Made by a program: the position numbers and the translations under genes. From contig OZ059900.1 of assembly GCA_964057225.1 (NCBI GenBank), positions 2,852,001-2,916,000 on the forward strand: 64,000 nucleotides of DNA. Reading direction: 5' to 3'. Shown here piece after piece: positions 42,501 through 55,830 of this stretch. Position 1 is the first letter of the stretch. Each line of letters starts with the position of its first letter. Origin of the DNA: Auanema rhodensis. Its lineage: Eukaryota > Animalia > Nematoda. The notes below the pieces were generated by a model, which did not search any database, was not told where the DNA came from, and saw only the letters and a list, made by a program, of their open reading frames with translations.

Positions 42501-45400
42501 TTCACTCAAATAGCATTACTACACTAAGTATGGTCGTTTTTATGCCTTTAACACCATATACTCACCGATTTTTGGTACAAAATCTGTAATACTTGTAAAT
42601 TTTGATCATATTTGTTAAGATTCGAGAATCAAACACATAATACACGAAATAAGTCTATTTTTACGAGTTTGCACTGATATTTATTCATTTTGATCAAAAA
42701 AGGTCGAAAATAGAAAGAATTTTTGAAATTTCCGAGTTTTGAGTCCAATTTGGCTAAATCGCTCATATATAAGATCAAAAGCATAGTTTTATTGTCTATA
42801 ACAACAAAAGTCATCAATTAAACGCTTGTGATGTTTAAATACTGAATTTCGCTCAAATAGCATTACTACACTAAGTATGGTCGTTTTTATGCCTTTAACA
42901 CCATATACTCACCGATTTTTGGTACAAAATCTGTAATACTCGTAAATTTTGATCATATTCGTTAAGATTTGAGAATCAAACATACAATACACAAAATCAG
43001 TCTATTTTTATGAGCTTGCACTGATATATATTCATTTTGATCAAAAAAGGTCGAAAATAGAAAGAATTTTTGAAATTTCCGAGTTTTGAGTCTAATTTGG
43101 CTAAATCGCTCATATATATGATCAGAAGCATAGTTTTATTGTCTATGACAACAAAAGTCATCAATTAAACGCTAGTGATGTTTAAATACTGATTTTCGCT
43201 CAAATAGCATTACTACACTAAGTATGGTCGTTTTTATGCCTTTAACACCATATACTCACCGATTTTTGGTACAAAATCTGTAATACTCGTAAATTTTGAT
43301 CATATTCGTTAAGATTTGAGAATCAAACATACAATACACAAAATCAGTCTATTTTTATGAGCTTGCACTGATATATATTCATTTTGATCAAAAAAGGTCG
43401 AAAATAGAAAGAATTTTTGAAATTTCCGAGTTTTGAGTCTAATTTGGCTAAATCGCTCATATACATGATCAGAAGCATAGTTTTACTGTCTATGATAACA
43501 AAAGTCTTCAAATATACACTAATAATGATTAAATCACTGAATTTCACTCAAATAGCATTACTACACTAAGTATGGTCGTTTTTATGCCTTTAACACCATA
43601 TACTCACCGATTTTTGGTACAAAATCTGTAATACTTGTAAATTTTGATCATATTTGTTAAGATTCGAGAATCAAACACATAATACACGAAATAAGTCTAT
43701 TTTTACAAGTTTGCACTGATATATATTCATTTTGATCAAAAAAGGTCGAAAATAGAAAGAATTTTTGAAATTTCCGAGTTTTGAGTCTAATTTGGCTAAA
43801 TCGCTCATATACATGATCAGAAGCATAGTTTTACTGTCTATGATAACAAAAGTCTTCAAATATACACTAATAATGATTAAATCACTGAATTTCACTCAAA
43901 TAGCATTACTACACTAAGTATGGTCGTTTTTATGCCTTTAACACCATATACTCACCGATTTTTGGTACAAAATCTGTAATACTTGTAAATTTTGATCATA
44001 TTTGTTAAGATTTGAGAATCAAACATACAATACACAAAATCAGTCTATTTTTATGAGCTTGCACTGATATATATTCATTTTGATCAAAAAAGGTCGAAAA
44101 TAGAAAGAATTTTTGAAATTTCCGAGTTTTGAGTCTAATTTGGCTAAATCGCTCATATACATGATCAGAAGCATAGTTTTACTGTCTATGATAACAAAAG
44201 TCTTCAAATATACACTAATAATGATTAAATCACTGAATTTCACTCAAATAGCATTACTACACTAAGTATGGTCGTTTTTATGCCTTTAACACCATATACT
44301 CACCGATTTTTGGTACAAAATCTGTAATACTTGTAAATTTTGATCATATTCGTTAAGATTCGAGAATCAAACACATAATACACGAAATAAGTCTAGTTTT
44401 ATGAGGTTGCACTGATATTTATTCATTTTGATCAAAAAAGGTCGAAAATAGAAAGAATTTTTGAATTTTCCGAGTTTTGAGTCCAATTGGGCTAAATCGC
44501 TCATATATATGATCAAAAGCATAGTTTTACTGTCTATGATAACAAAAGTCTTCAAATATACACTAATAATGTGTAAATCACTGAATTTCACTCAAATAGC
44601 ATTACTACACTAAGTATGGTCGTTTTTATGCCTTTAACACCATATACTCACCGATTTTTGGTACAAAATCTGTAATACTTGTAAATTTTGATCATATTTG
44701 TTAAGATTCGAGAATCAAACACATAATACACAAAATAAGTCTATTTTTACAAGTTTGCACTGATATTTATTCATTTTGATCAAAAAAGGTCGAAAATAGA
44801 AAGAATTTTTGAAATTTCCGAGTTTTGAGTCCAATTTGGCTAAATCGCTCATATATAAGATCAAAAGCATAGTTTTATTGTCTATAACAACAAAAGTCAT
44901 CAATTAAACGCTTGTGATGTTTAAATACTGAATTTCGCTCAAATAGCATTACTACACTAAGTATGGTCGTTTTTATGCCTTTAACACCATATACTCACCG
45001 ATTTTTGGTACAAAATCTGTAATACTCGTAAATTTTGATCATATTCGTTAAGATTTGAGAATCAAACATACAATACACAAAATCAGTCTATTTTTATGAG
45101 CTTGCACTGATATATATTCATTTTGATCAAAAAAGGTCGAAAATAGAAAGAATTTTTGAAATTTCCGAGTTTTGAGTCTAATTTGGCTAAATCGCTCATA
45201 TATATGATCAGAAGCATAGTTTTATTGTCTATGACAACAAAAGTCATCAATTAAACGCTAGTGATGTTTAAATACTGATTTTTGCTCAAATAGCATTACT
45301 ACACTAAGTATGGTCGTTTTTATGCCTTTAACACCATATACTCACCGATTTTTGGTACAAAATCTGTAATACTCGTAAATTTTGATCATATTCGTTAAGA
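27600..45400. repeat. HOR domain B: 16-mer (5560 bp) and 19-mer (6602 bp) with nested 5-mer (1738 bp) and 3-mer (1042 bp)
   Basis: Alleles absent from domain A: aataatgattaaatc, atataagatc, tctataacaa, aacgcttgtg, aataggatta, gtctagtttt. Marker monomers at 28382, 33942, 40544 (offsets 5560, 6602); 29425/31163 and 36027/37765 (1738); 34985/36027 and 41587/42629 (1042). Confidence 0.9.
29462..44012. repeat. Recent 6602-bp tandem duplication
   Basis: Every ORF from 30140 to 37069 has a same-type partner at +6602. Private alleles repeat at that offset: aagctt at 34673/41275, gatgcgag near 32891/39493, taagtgtatt near 34311/40913. Confidence 0.92.
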
Positions 45401-45889
45401 TTTGAAAATCAAACACACAATAAACAGAATCAGTCTATTTTTATGAGTTTGCACTGATATATATTCATTTTGATCAAAAAAGGTCGAAAATAGAAAGAAT
45501 TTTTGAAATTTCCGAGTTTTGAGTCTAATTTGGCTAAATCGCTCATATATATGATCAAAAGCATAGTTTTACTGTCTATGATAACAAAAGTCTTCAAATA
45601 TACACTAATAATGTGTAAATCACTGAATTTCACTCAAATAGCTTTACTACACTAAGTATGGTCGTTTTTATGCCTTTAACACCATATACTCACCGATTTT
45701 TGGTACAAAATCTGTAATACTTGTAAATTTTGATCATATTCGTTAAGATTCGAGAATCAAACATACAATACACAAAATCAGTCTATTTTTATGAGCTTGC
45801 ACTGATATATATTCATTTTGATCAAAAAAGGTCGAAAATAGAAAGAATTTTTGAAATTTACGAGTTTTGAGTCTAATTTGGCTAAATCG

Positions 45890-48800
45890 CTCATATATAT
45901 GATCAAAAGCATAGTTTTACTGTCTATGATAACAAAAGTCTTCAAATATACACTAATAATGATTAAATCACTGAATTTCACTCAAATAGCATTACTACAC
46001 TAAGTATGGTCGTTTTTATGCCTTTAACACCATATACTCACCGATTTCTGGTACAAAATCTGTGATACTCGTAAATTTTGATCATATTCGGTGAGATTCG
46101 AGAATCAAACACACAATACACGAAATAAGTTTATTTTTACGAGTTTGCACTGATATTTATTCATTTTGATCAAAAAAGGTCGAAAATAGAAAGAATTTTT
46201 GAAATTTACGAGTTTTGAGTCTAATTTGGCTAAATCGCTCATATATATGATCAGAAGCATAGTTTTTTTGTCTATGACAACAAAAGTCATTAGTTAAACA
46301 CTAATGATGTTTAAATCACTAAATTTCGCTCAAATAGCATTACTACACTAAGTATGGTCGTTTTTATGCCTTTAACACCATATACTCACCGATTTTTGGT
46401 ACAAAATCTGTAATACTTGTAAATTTTGATCATATTCGTTAAGATTCGAGAATCAAACACATAATACACGAAATAAGTCTATTTTTATGAGTTTGCACTG
46501 ATATTTATTCATTTTGATCAAAAAAGGTCGAAAATAGAAAGAATTTTTGAATTTTCCGAGTTTTGAGTCCAATTGGGCTAAATCGCTCATATATATGATC
46601 AAAAGCATAGTTTTACTGTCTATGATAACAAAAGTCTTCAAATATACACTAATAATGTGTAAATCACTGAATTTCACTCAAATAGCTTTACTACACTAAG
46701 TATGGTCGTTTTTATGCCTTTAACACCATATACTCACCGATTTTTGGTACAAAATCTGTAATACTTGTAAATTTTGATCATATTCGTTAAGATCCGAGAA
46801 ACAAACACATAATACACGAAATAAGTCTATTTTTATGAGTTTGCACTGATATTTATTCATTTTGATCAAAAAAGGTCGAAAATAGAAAGAATTTTTGAAA
46901 TTTCCGAGTTTTGAGTCTAATTGGGCTAAATCGCTCATATATATGATCAAAAGCATAGTTTTACTGTCTATGATAACAAAAGTCTTCAAATATACACTAA
47001 TAATGATTTAATCACTGAATTTCACTCAAATAGCATTACTACACTAAGTATGGTCGTTTTTATGCCTTTAACACCATATACTCACCGATTTTTGGTACAA
47101 AATCTGTGACACTCGTAAATTTTGATCATGTTCGGTGAGATTCGAGAATCAAACACACAATACACGAAATAAGTTTATTTTTACGAGTTTGCACTGATAT
47201 TTATTCATTTTTATCAAAAAAGGTCGAAAATAGAAAGAATTTTTGAAATTTCCGAGTTTTGAGTCTAATTTGGCTAAATCGCTCATATATATGATCAAAA
47301 GCATAGTTTCACTGTCTATGATAACAAAAGTCTTCAAATATACACTAATAATGTGTAAATCACTGAATTTCACTCAAATAGCATTACTACACTAAGTATG
47401 GTCGTTTTTATGCCTTTAACACCATATACTCACCGATTTTTGGTACAAAATCTGTGATACTCGTAAATTTTGATCATATTCGGTGAGATTCGAGAATCAA
47501 ACACACAATACACGAAATAAGTTTATTTTTACGAGTTTGCACTGATATTTATTCATTTTGATCAAAAAAGGTCGAAAATAGAAAGAATTTTTGAAATTTC
47601 CGAGTTTTGAGTCTAATTTGGCTAAATCGCTCATATATATGATCAAAAGCATAGTTTTATTGTCTATGACAACAAAAGTCATCAATTAAACGCTAGTGAT
47701 GTTTAAATACTGAATTTCGCTCAAATAGCATTACTACACTAAGTATGGTCGTTTTTATGCCTTTAACACCATATACTCACCGATTTTTGGTACAAAATCT
47801 GTAATACTTGTAAATTTTGATCATATTCGTTAAGATTCGAGAATCAAACACATAATACACGAAATAAGTCTATTTTTATGAGTTTGCACTGATATTTATT
47901 CATTTTGATCAAAAAAGGTCGAAAATAGAAAGAATTTTTGAATTTTCCGAGTTTTGAGTCCAATTGGGCTAAATCGCTCATATATATGATCAAAAGCATA
48001 GTTTTACTGTCTATGATAACAAAAGTCTTCAAATATACACTAATAATGATTAAATCACTGAATTTCACTCAAATAGCATTACTACACTAAGTATGGTCGT
48101 TTTTATGCCTTTAACACCATATACTCACCGATTTCTGGTACAAAATCTGTGATACTCGTAAATTTTGATCATATTCGGTGAGATTCGAGAATCAAACACA
48201 CAATACACGAAATAAGTTTATTTTTACGAGTTTGCACTGATATTTATTCATTTTGATCAAAAAAGGTCGAAAATAGAAAGAATTTTTGAAATTTACGAGT
48301 TTTGAGTCTAATTTGGCTAAATCGCTCATATATATGATCAGAAGCATAGTTTTTTTGTCTATGACAACAAAAGTCATTAGTTAAACACTAATGATGTTTA
48401 AATCACTAAATTTCGCTCAAATAGCATTACTACACTAAGTATGGTCGTTTTTATGCCTTTAACACCATATACTCACCGATTTTTGGTACAAAATCTGTAA
48501 TACTTGTAAATTTTGATCATATTCGTTAAGATTCGAGAATCAAACACATAATACACGAAATAAGTCTATTTTTATGAGTTTGCACTGATATTTATTCATT
48601 TTGATCAAAAAAGGTCGAAAATAGAAAGAATTTTTGAATTTTCCGAGTTTTGAGTCCAATTGGGCTAAATCGCTCATATATATGATCAAAAGCATAGTTT
48701 TACTGTCTATGATAACAAAAGTCTTCAAATATACACTAATAATGTGTAAATCACTGAATTTCACTCAAATAGCTTTACTACACTAAGTATGGTCGTTTTT

Positions 48801-49890
48801 ATGCCTTTAACACCATATACTCACCGATTTTTGGTACAAAATCTGTAATACTTGTAAATTTTGATCATATTCGTTAAGATCCGAGAAACAAACACATAAT
48901 ACACGAAATAAGTCTATTTTTATGAGTTTGCACTGATATTTATTCATTTTGATCAAAAAAGGTCGAAAATAGAAAGAATTTTTGAAATTTCCGAGTTTTG
49001 AGTCTAATTGGGCTAAATCGCTCATATATATGATCAAAAGCATAGTTTTACTGTCTATGATAACAAAAGTCTTCAAATATACACTAATAATGATTTAATC
49101 ACTGAATTTCACTCAAATAGCATTACTACACTAAGTATGGTCGTTTTTATGCCTTTAACACCATATACTCACCGATTTTTGGTACAAAATCTGTGACACT
49201 CGTAAATTTTGATCATGTTCGGTGAGATTCGAGAATCAAACACACAATACACGAAATAAGTTTATTTTTACGAGTTTGCACTGATATTTATTCATTTTTA
49301 TCAAAAAAGGTCGAAAATAGAAAGAATTTTTGAAATTTCCGAGTTTTGAGTCTAATTTGGCTAAATCGCTCATATATATGATCAAAAGCATAGTTTCACT
49401 GTCTATGATAACAAAAGTCTTCAAATATACACTAATAATGTGTAAATCACTGAATTTCACTCAAATAGCATTACTACACTAAGTATGGTCGTTTTTATGC
49501 CTTTAACACCATATACTCACCGATTTTTGGTACAAAATCTGTGATACTCGTAAATTTTGATCATATTCGGTGAGATTCGAGAATCAAACACACAATACAC
49601 GAAATAAGTTTATTTTTACGAGTTTGCACTGATATTTATTCATTTTGATCAAAAAAGGTCGAAAATAGAAAGAATTTTTGAAATTTCCGAGTTTTGAGTC
49701 TAATTTGGCTAAATCGCTCATATATATGATCAAAAGCATAGTTTTATTGTCTATGACAACAAAAGTCATCAATTAAACGCTAGTGATGTTTAAATACTGA
49801 ATTTCGCTCAAATAGCATTACTACACTAAGTATGGTCGTTTTTATGCCTTTAACACCATATACTCACCGATTTTTGGTACAAAATCTGTA
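45890..49890. repeat. 6-mer tandem duplication (2087 bp), start of domain C
   Basis: ORF pairs 46105/48192, 46453/48540, 46720/48807, 47149/49236, 47497/49584. Alleles ccgatttctgg, gatccgagaaacaaac and ctgtgacac repeat at +2087. Confidence 0.92.
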
Positions 49891-50989
49891 ATACTCGTAA
49901 ATTTTGATCATATTCGTTAAGATTTGAGAATCAAACATACAATACACAAAATCAGTCTATTTTTATGAGCTTGCACTGATATATATTCATTTTGATCAAA
50001 AAAGGTCGAAAATAGAAAGAATTTTTGAAATTTACGAGTTTTGAGTCTAATTTGGCTAAATCGCTCATATATATGATCAGAAGCATAGTTTTATTGTCTA
50101 TGACAACGAAAGTCATTAATTAAACACTAATGATGTTTAAATCACTAAATTTCGCTCAAATAGCATTACTACACTAAGTATGGTCGTTTTTATGCCTTTA
50201 ACACCATATACTCACCGATTTTTGGTACAAAATCTGTAATACTCGTAAATTTTGATCATATTCGGTGAGATTCGAGAATCAAACACACAATACACGAAAT
50301 AAGTTTATTTTGACGAGTTTGCACTGGTATTTATTCATTTTGATCAAAAAAGGTCGAAAATAGAAAGAATTTTTGAAATTTCCGAGTTTTGAGTCTAATT
50401 TGGCTAAATCGCTCATATATATGATCAAAAGCATAGTTTTACTGTCTATGATAACAAAAGTCTTCAAATATACACTAATAATGTGTAAATCACTGAATTT
50501 CACTCAAATAGCTTTACTACACTAAGTATGGTCGTTTTTATGCCTTTAACACCATATACTCAACGATTTTTGGTACAAAATCTGTAATACTCGTAAATTT
50601 TGATCATATTCGGTGAGATTCGAGAATCAAACACACAATACACGAAATAAGTTTATTTTTACGAGTTTGCACTGATATTTATTCATTTTGATCAAAAAAG
50701 GTCGAAAATAGAAAGAATTTTTGAAATTTACGAGTTTTGAGTCTAATTTGGCTAAATCGCTCATATATATGATCAAAAGCATAGTTTTTTTGTCTATGAC
50801 AACAAAAGTCATTAGTTAAACACTAATGATGTTTAAATCACTAAATTTCGCTCAAATAGCATTACTACACTAAGTATGGTCGTTTTTATGCCTTTAACAC
50901 CATATACTCACCGATTTTTGGTACAAAATCTGTAATACTTGTAAATTTTGATCATATTCGTTAAGATTCGAGAATCAAACACATAATAC

Positions 50990-53900
50990 ACGAAATAAGT
51001 CTATTTTTATGAGTTTGCACTGATATTTATTCATTTTGATCAAAAAAGGTCGAAAATAGAAAGAATTTTTGAAATTTACGAGTTTTGAGTCTAATTTGGC
51101 TAAATCGCTCATATATATGATCAGAAGCATAGTTTTTTTGTCTATGACAACAAAAGTCATTAGTTAAACACTAATGATGTTTAAATCACTAAATTTCGCT
51201 CAAATAGCATTACTACACTAAGTATGGTCGTTTTTATGCCTTTAACACCATATACTCACCGATTTTTGGTACAAAATCTGTAATACTTGTAAATTTTGAT
51301 CATATTCGTTAAGATTCGAGAATCAAACACATAATACACGAAATAAGTCTATTTCTATGAGTTTGCACTGATATTTATTCATTTTGATCAAAAAAGGTCG
51401 AAAATAGAAAGAATTTTTGAAATTTACGAGTTTTGAGTCTAATTTGGCTAAATCGCTCATATATATGATCAGAAGCATAGTTTTTTTGTCTATGACAACA
51501 AAAGTCATTAGTTAAACACTAATGATGTTTAAATCACTAAATTTCGCTCAAATAGCATTACTACACTAAGTATGGTCGTTTTTATGCCTTTAACACCATA
51601 TACTCACCGATTTTTGGTACAAAATCTGTAATACTTGTAAATTTTGATCATATTCGTTAAGATTCGAGAATCAAACACATAATACACGAAATAAGTCTAT
51701 TTCTATGAGTTTGCACTAATATTTATTCATTTTGATCAAAAAAGGTCGAAAATAGAAAGAATTTTTGAATTTTCCGAGTTTTGAGTCCAATTGGGCTAAA
51801 TCGCTCATATATATGATCAAAAGCATAGTTTTACTGTCTATGATAACAAAAGTCTTCAAATATACACTAATAATGATTTAATCACTGAATTTCACTCAAA
51901 TAGCATTACTACACTAAGTATGGTCGTTTTAATGCCTTTAACACCATATACTCACCGATTTTTGGTACAAAATCTGTGATACTCGTAAATTTTGATCATA
52001 TTCGTTAAGATTCGAGAATCAAACACATAATACACGAAATAAGTCTATTTTTATGAGTTTGCACTGATATTTATTCATTTTGATCAAAAAAGGTCGAAAA
52101 TAGAAAGAATTTTTGAATTTTCCGAGTTTTGAGTCCAATTGGGCTAAATCGCTCATATATATGATCAAAAGCATAGTTTTACTGTCTATGATAACAAAAG
52201 TCTTCAAATATACACTAATAATGATTTAATCACTGAATTTCACTCAAATAGCATTACTACACTAAGTATGGTCGTTTTTATGCCTTTAACACCATATACT
52301 CACCGATTTTTGGTACAAAATCTGTAATACTTGTAAATTTTGATCATATTCGTTAAGATTCGAGAATCAAACACATAATACACGAAATAAGTCTATTTTT
52401 ATGAGTTTGCACTGATATTTATTCATTTTGATCAAAAAAGGTCGAAAATAGAAAGAATTTTTGAATTTTCCGAGTTTTGAGTCCAATTGGGCTAAATCGC
52501 TCATATATATGATCAGAAGCATAGTTTTATTGTCTATGACAACAAAAATCATCAATTAAACGCTAGTGATGTTTAAATACTGATTTTCGCTCAAATAGCA
52601 TTACTACACTAAGTATGGTCGTTTTTATGCCTTTAACACCATATACTCACCGATTTTTGGTACAAAATCTGTAATACTTGTAAATTTTGATCATATTCGT
52701 TAAGATTCGAGAATCAAACACATAATACACGAAATAAGTCTATTTTTATGAGTTTGCACTGATATTTATTCATTTTGATCAAAAAAGGTCGAAAATAGAA
52801 AGAAATTTTGAATTTTCCGAGTTTTGAGTCCAATTGGGCTAAATCGCTCATATATATGATCAAAAGCATAGTTTTACTGTCTATGATAACAAAAGTCTTC
52901 AAATATACACTAATAATGATTTAATCACTGAATTTCACTCAAATAGCATTACTACACTAAGTATGGTCGTTTTTATGCCTTTAACACCATATACTCACCG
53001 ATTTTTGGTACAAAATCTGTAATACTTGTAAATTTTGATCATATTCGTTAAGATTCGAGAATCAAACACATAATACACGAAATAAGTCTATTTTTATGAG
53101 TTTGCACTGATATTTATTCATTTTGATCAAAAAAGGTCGAAAATAGAAAGAATTTTTGAATTTTCCGAGTTTTGAGTCCAATTGGGCTAAATCGCTCATA
53201 TATATGATCAAAAGCATAGTTTTACTGTCTATGATAACAAAAGTCTTCAAATATACACTAATAATGATTTAATCACTGAATTTCACTCAAATAGCATTAC
53301 TACACTAAGTATGGTCGTTTTTATGCCTTTAACACCATATACTCACCGATTTTTGGTACAAAATCTGTAATACTTGTAAATTTTGATCATATTCGTTAAG
53401 ATCCGAGAAACAAACACATAATACACGAAATAAGTCTATTTTTATGAGTTTGCACTGATATTTATTCATTTTGATCAAAAAAGGTCGAAAATAGAAAGAA
53501 TTTTTGAAATTTACGAGTTTTGAGTCTAATTTGGCTAAATCGCTCATATATATGATCAGAAGCATAGTTTTTTTGTCTATGACAACAAAAGTCATTAGTT
53601 AAACACTAATGATGTTTAAATCACTAAATTTCGCTCAAATAGCATTACTACACTAAGTATGGTCGTTTTTATGCCTTTAACACCATATACTCACCGATTT
53701 TTGGTACAAAATCTGTAATACTTGTAAATTTTGATCATATTCGTTAAGATTCGAGAATCAAACACATAATACACGAAATAAGTCTATTTCTATGAGTTTG
53801 CACTGATATTTATTCATTTTGATCAAAAAAGGTCGAAAATAGAAAGAATTTTTGAAATTTACGAGTTTTGAGTCTAATTTGGCTAAATCGCTCATATATA

Positions 53901-55830
53901 TGATCAGAAGCATAGTTTTTTTGTCTATGACAACAAAAGTCATTAGTTAAACACTAATGATGTTTAAATCACTAAATTTCGCTCAAATAGCATTACTACA
54001 CTAAGTATGGTCGTTTTTATGCCTTTAACACCATATACTCACCGATTTTTGGTACAAAATCTGTAATACTTGTAAATTTTGATCATATTCGTTAAGATTC
54101 GAGAATCAAACACATAATACACGAAATAAGTCTATTTCTATGAGTTTGCACTAATATTTATTCATTTTGATCAAAAAAGGTCGAAAATAGAAAGAATTTT
54201 TGAATTTTCCGAGTTTTGAGTCCACTTGGGCTAAATCGCTCATATATATGATCAAAAGCATAGTTTTACTGTCTATGATAACAAAAGTCTTCAAATATAC
54301 ACTAATAATGATTTAATCACTGAATTTCACTCAAATAGCATTACTACACTAAGTATGGTCGTTTTAATGCCTTTAACACCATATACTCACCGATTTTTGG
54401 TACAAAATCTGTGATACTCGTAAATTTTGATCATATTCGTTAAGATTCGAGAATCAAACACATAATACACGAAATAAGTCTATTTTTATGAGTTTGCACT
54501 GATATTTATTCATTTTGATCAAAAAAGGTCGAAAATAGAAAGAATTTTTGAATTTTCCGAGTTTTGAGTCCAATTGGGCTAAATCGCTCATATATATGAT
54601 CAAAAGCATAGTTTTACTGTCTATGATAACAAAAGTCTTCAAATATACACTAATAATGATTTAATCACTGAATTTCACTCAAATAGCATTACTACACTAA
54701 GTATGGTCGTTTTTATGCCTTTAACACCATATACTCACCGATTTTTGGTACAAAATCTGTAATACTTGTAAATTTTGATCATATTCGTTAAGATTCGAGA
54801 ATCAAACACATAATACACGAAATAAGTCTATTTTTATGAGTTTGCACTGATATTTATTCATTTTGATCAAAAAAGGTCGAAAATAGAAAGAATTTTTGAA
54901 TTTTCCGAGTTTTGAGTCCAATTGGGCTAAATCGCTCATATATATGATCAGAAGCATAGTTTTATTGTCTATGACAACAAAAATCATCAATTAAACGCTA
55001 GTGATGTTTAAATACTGATTTTCGCTCAAATAGCATTACTACACTAAGTATGGTCGTTTTTATGCCTTTAACACCATATACTCACCGATTTTTGGTACAA
55101 AATCTGTAATACTTGTAAATTTTGATCATATTCGTTAAGATTCGAGAATCAAACACATAATACACGAAATAAGTCTATTTTTATGAGTTTGCACTGATAT
55201 TTATTCATTTTGATCAAAAAAGGTCGAAAATAGAAAGAATTTTTGAATTTTCCGAGTTTTGAGTCCAATTGGGCTAAATCGCTCATATATATGATCAAAA
55301 GCATAGTTTTACTGTCTATGATAACAAAAGTCTTCAAATATACACTAATAATGATTTAATCACTGAATTTCACTCAAATAGCATTACTACACTAAGTATG
55401 GTCGTTTTTATGCCTTTAACACCATATACTCACCGATTTTTGGTACAAAATCTGTAATACTTGTAAATTTTGATCATATTCGTTAAGATTCGAGAATCAA
55501 ACACATAATACACGAAATAAGTCTATTTTTATGAGTTTGCACTGATATTTATTCATTTTGATCAAAAAAGGTCGAAAATAGAAAGAATTTTTGAATTTTC
55601 CGAGTTTTGAGTCCAATTGGGCTAAATCGCTCATATATATGATCAAAAGCATAGTTTTACTGTCTATGATAACAAAAGTCTTCAAATATACACTAATAAT
55701 GATTTAATCACTGAATTTCACTCAAATAGCATTACTACACTAAGTATGGTCGTTTTTATGCCTTTAACACCATATACTCACCGATTTTTGGTACAAAATC
55801 TGTAATACTTGTAAATTTTGATCATATTCG
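50990..55830. repeat. 7-mer tandem duplication (2435 bp)
   Basis: ORF pairs 51323/53758, 52019/54454, 52367/54802, 53062/55497. Private alleles ctatttctatg, gcactaatatt and gttttaatgcc repeat at +2435. Confidence 0.88.

Noticed and set aside
46720-53595. Longer 88-89-aa ORFs at 46720, 48807 and 53329
   Set aside because: They come from a single substitution (gaatca to gaaaca) removing the stop codon; useful as a lineage marker only.
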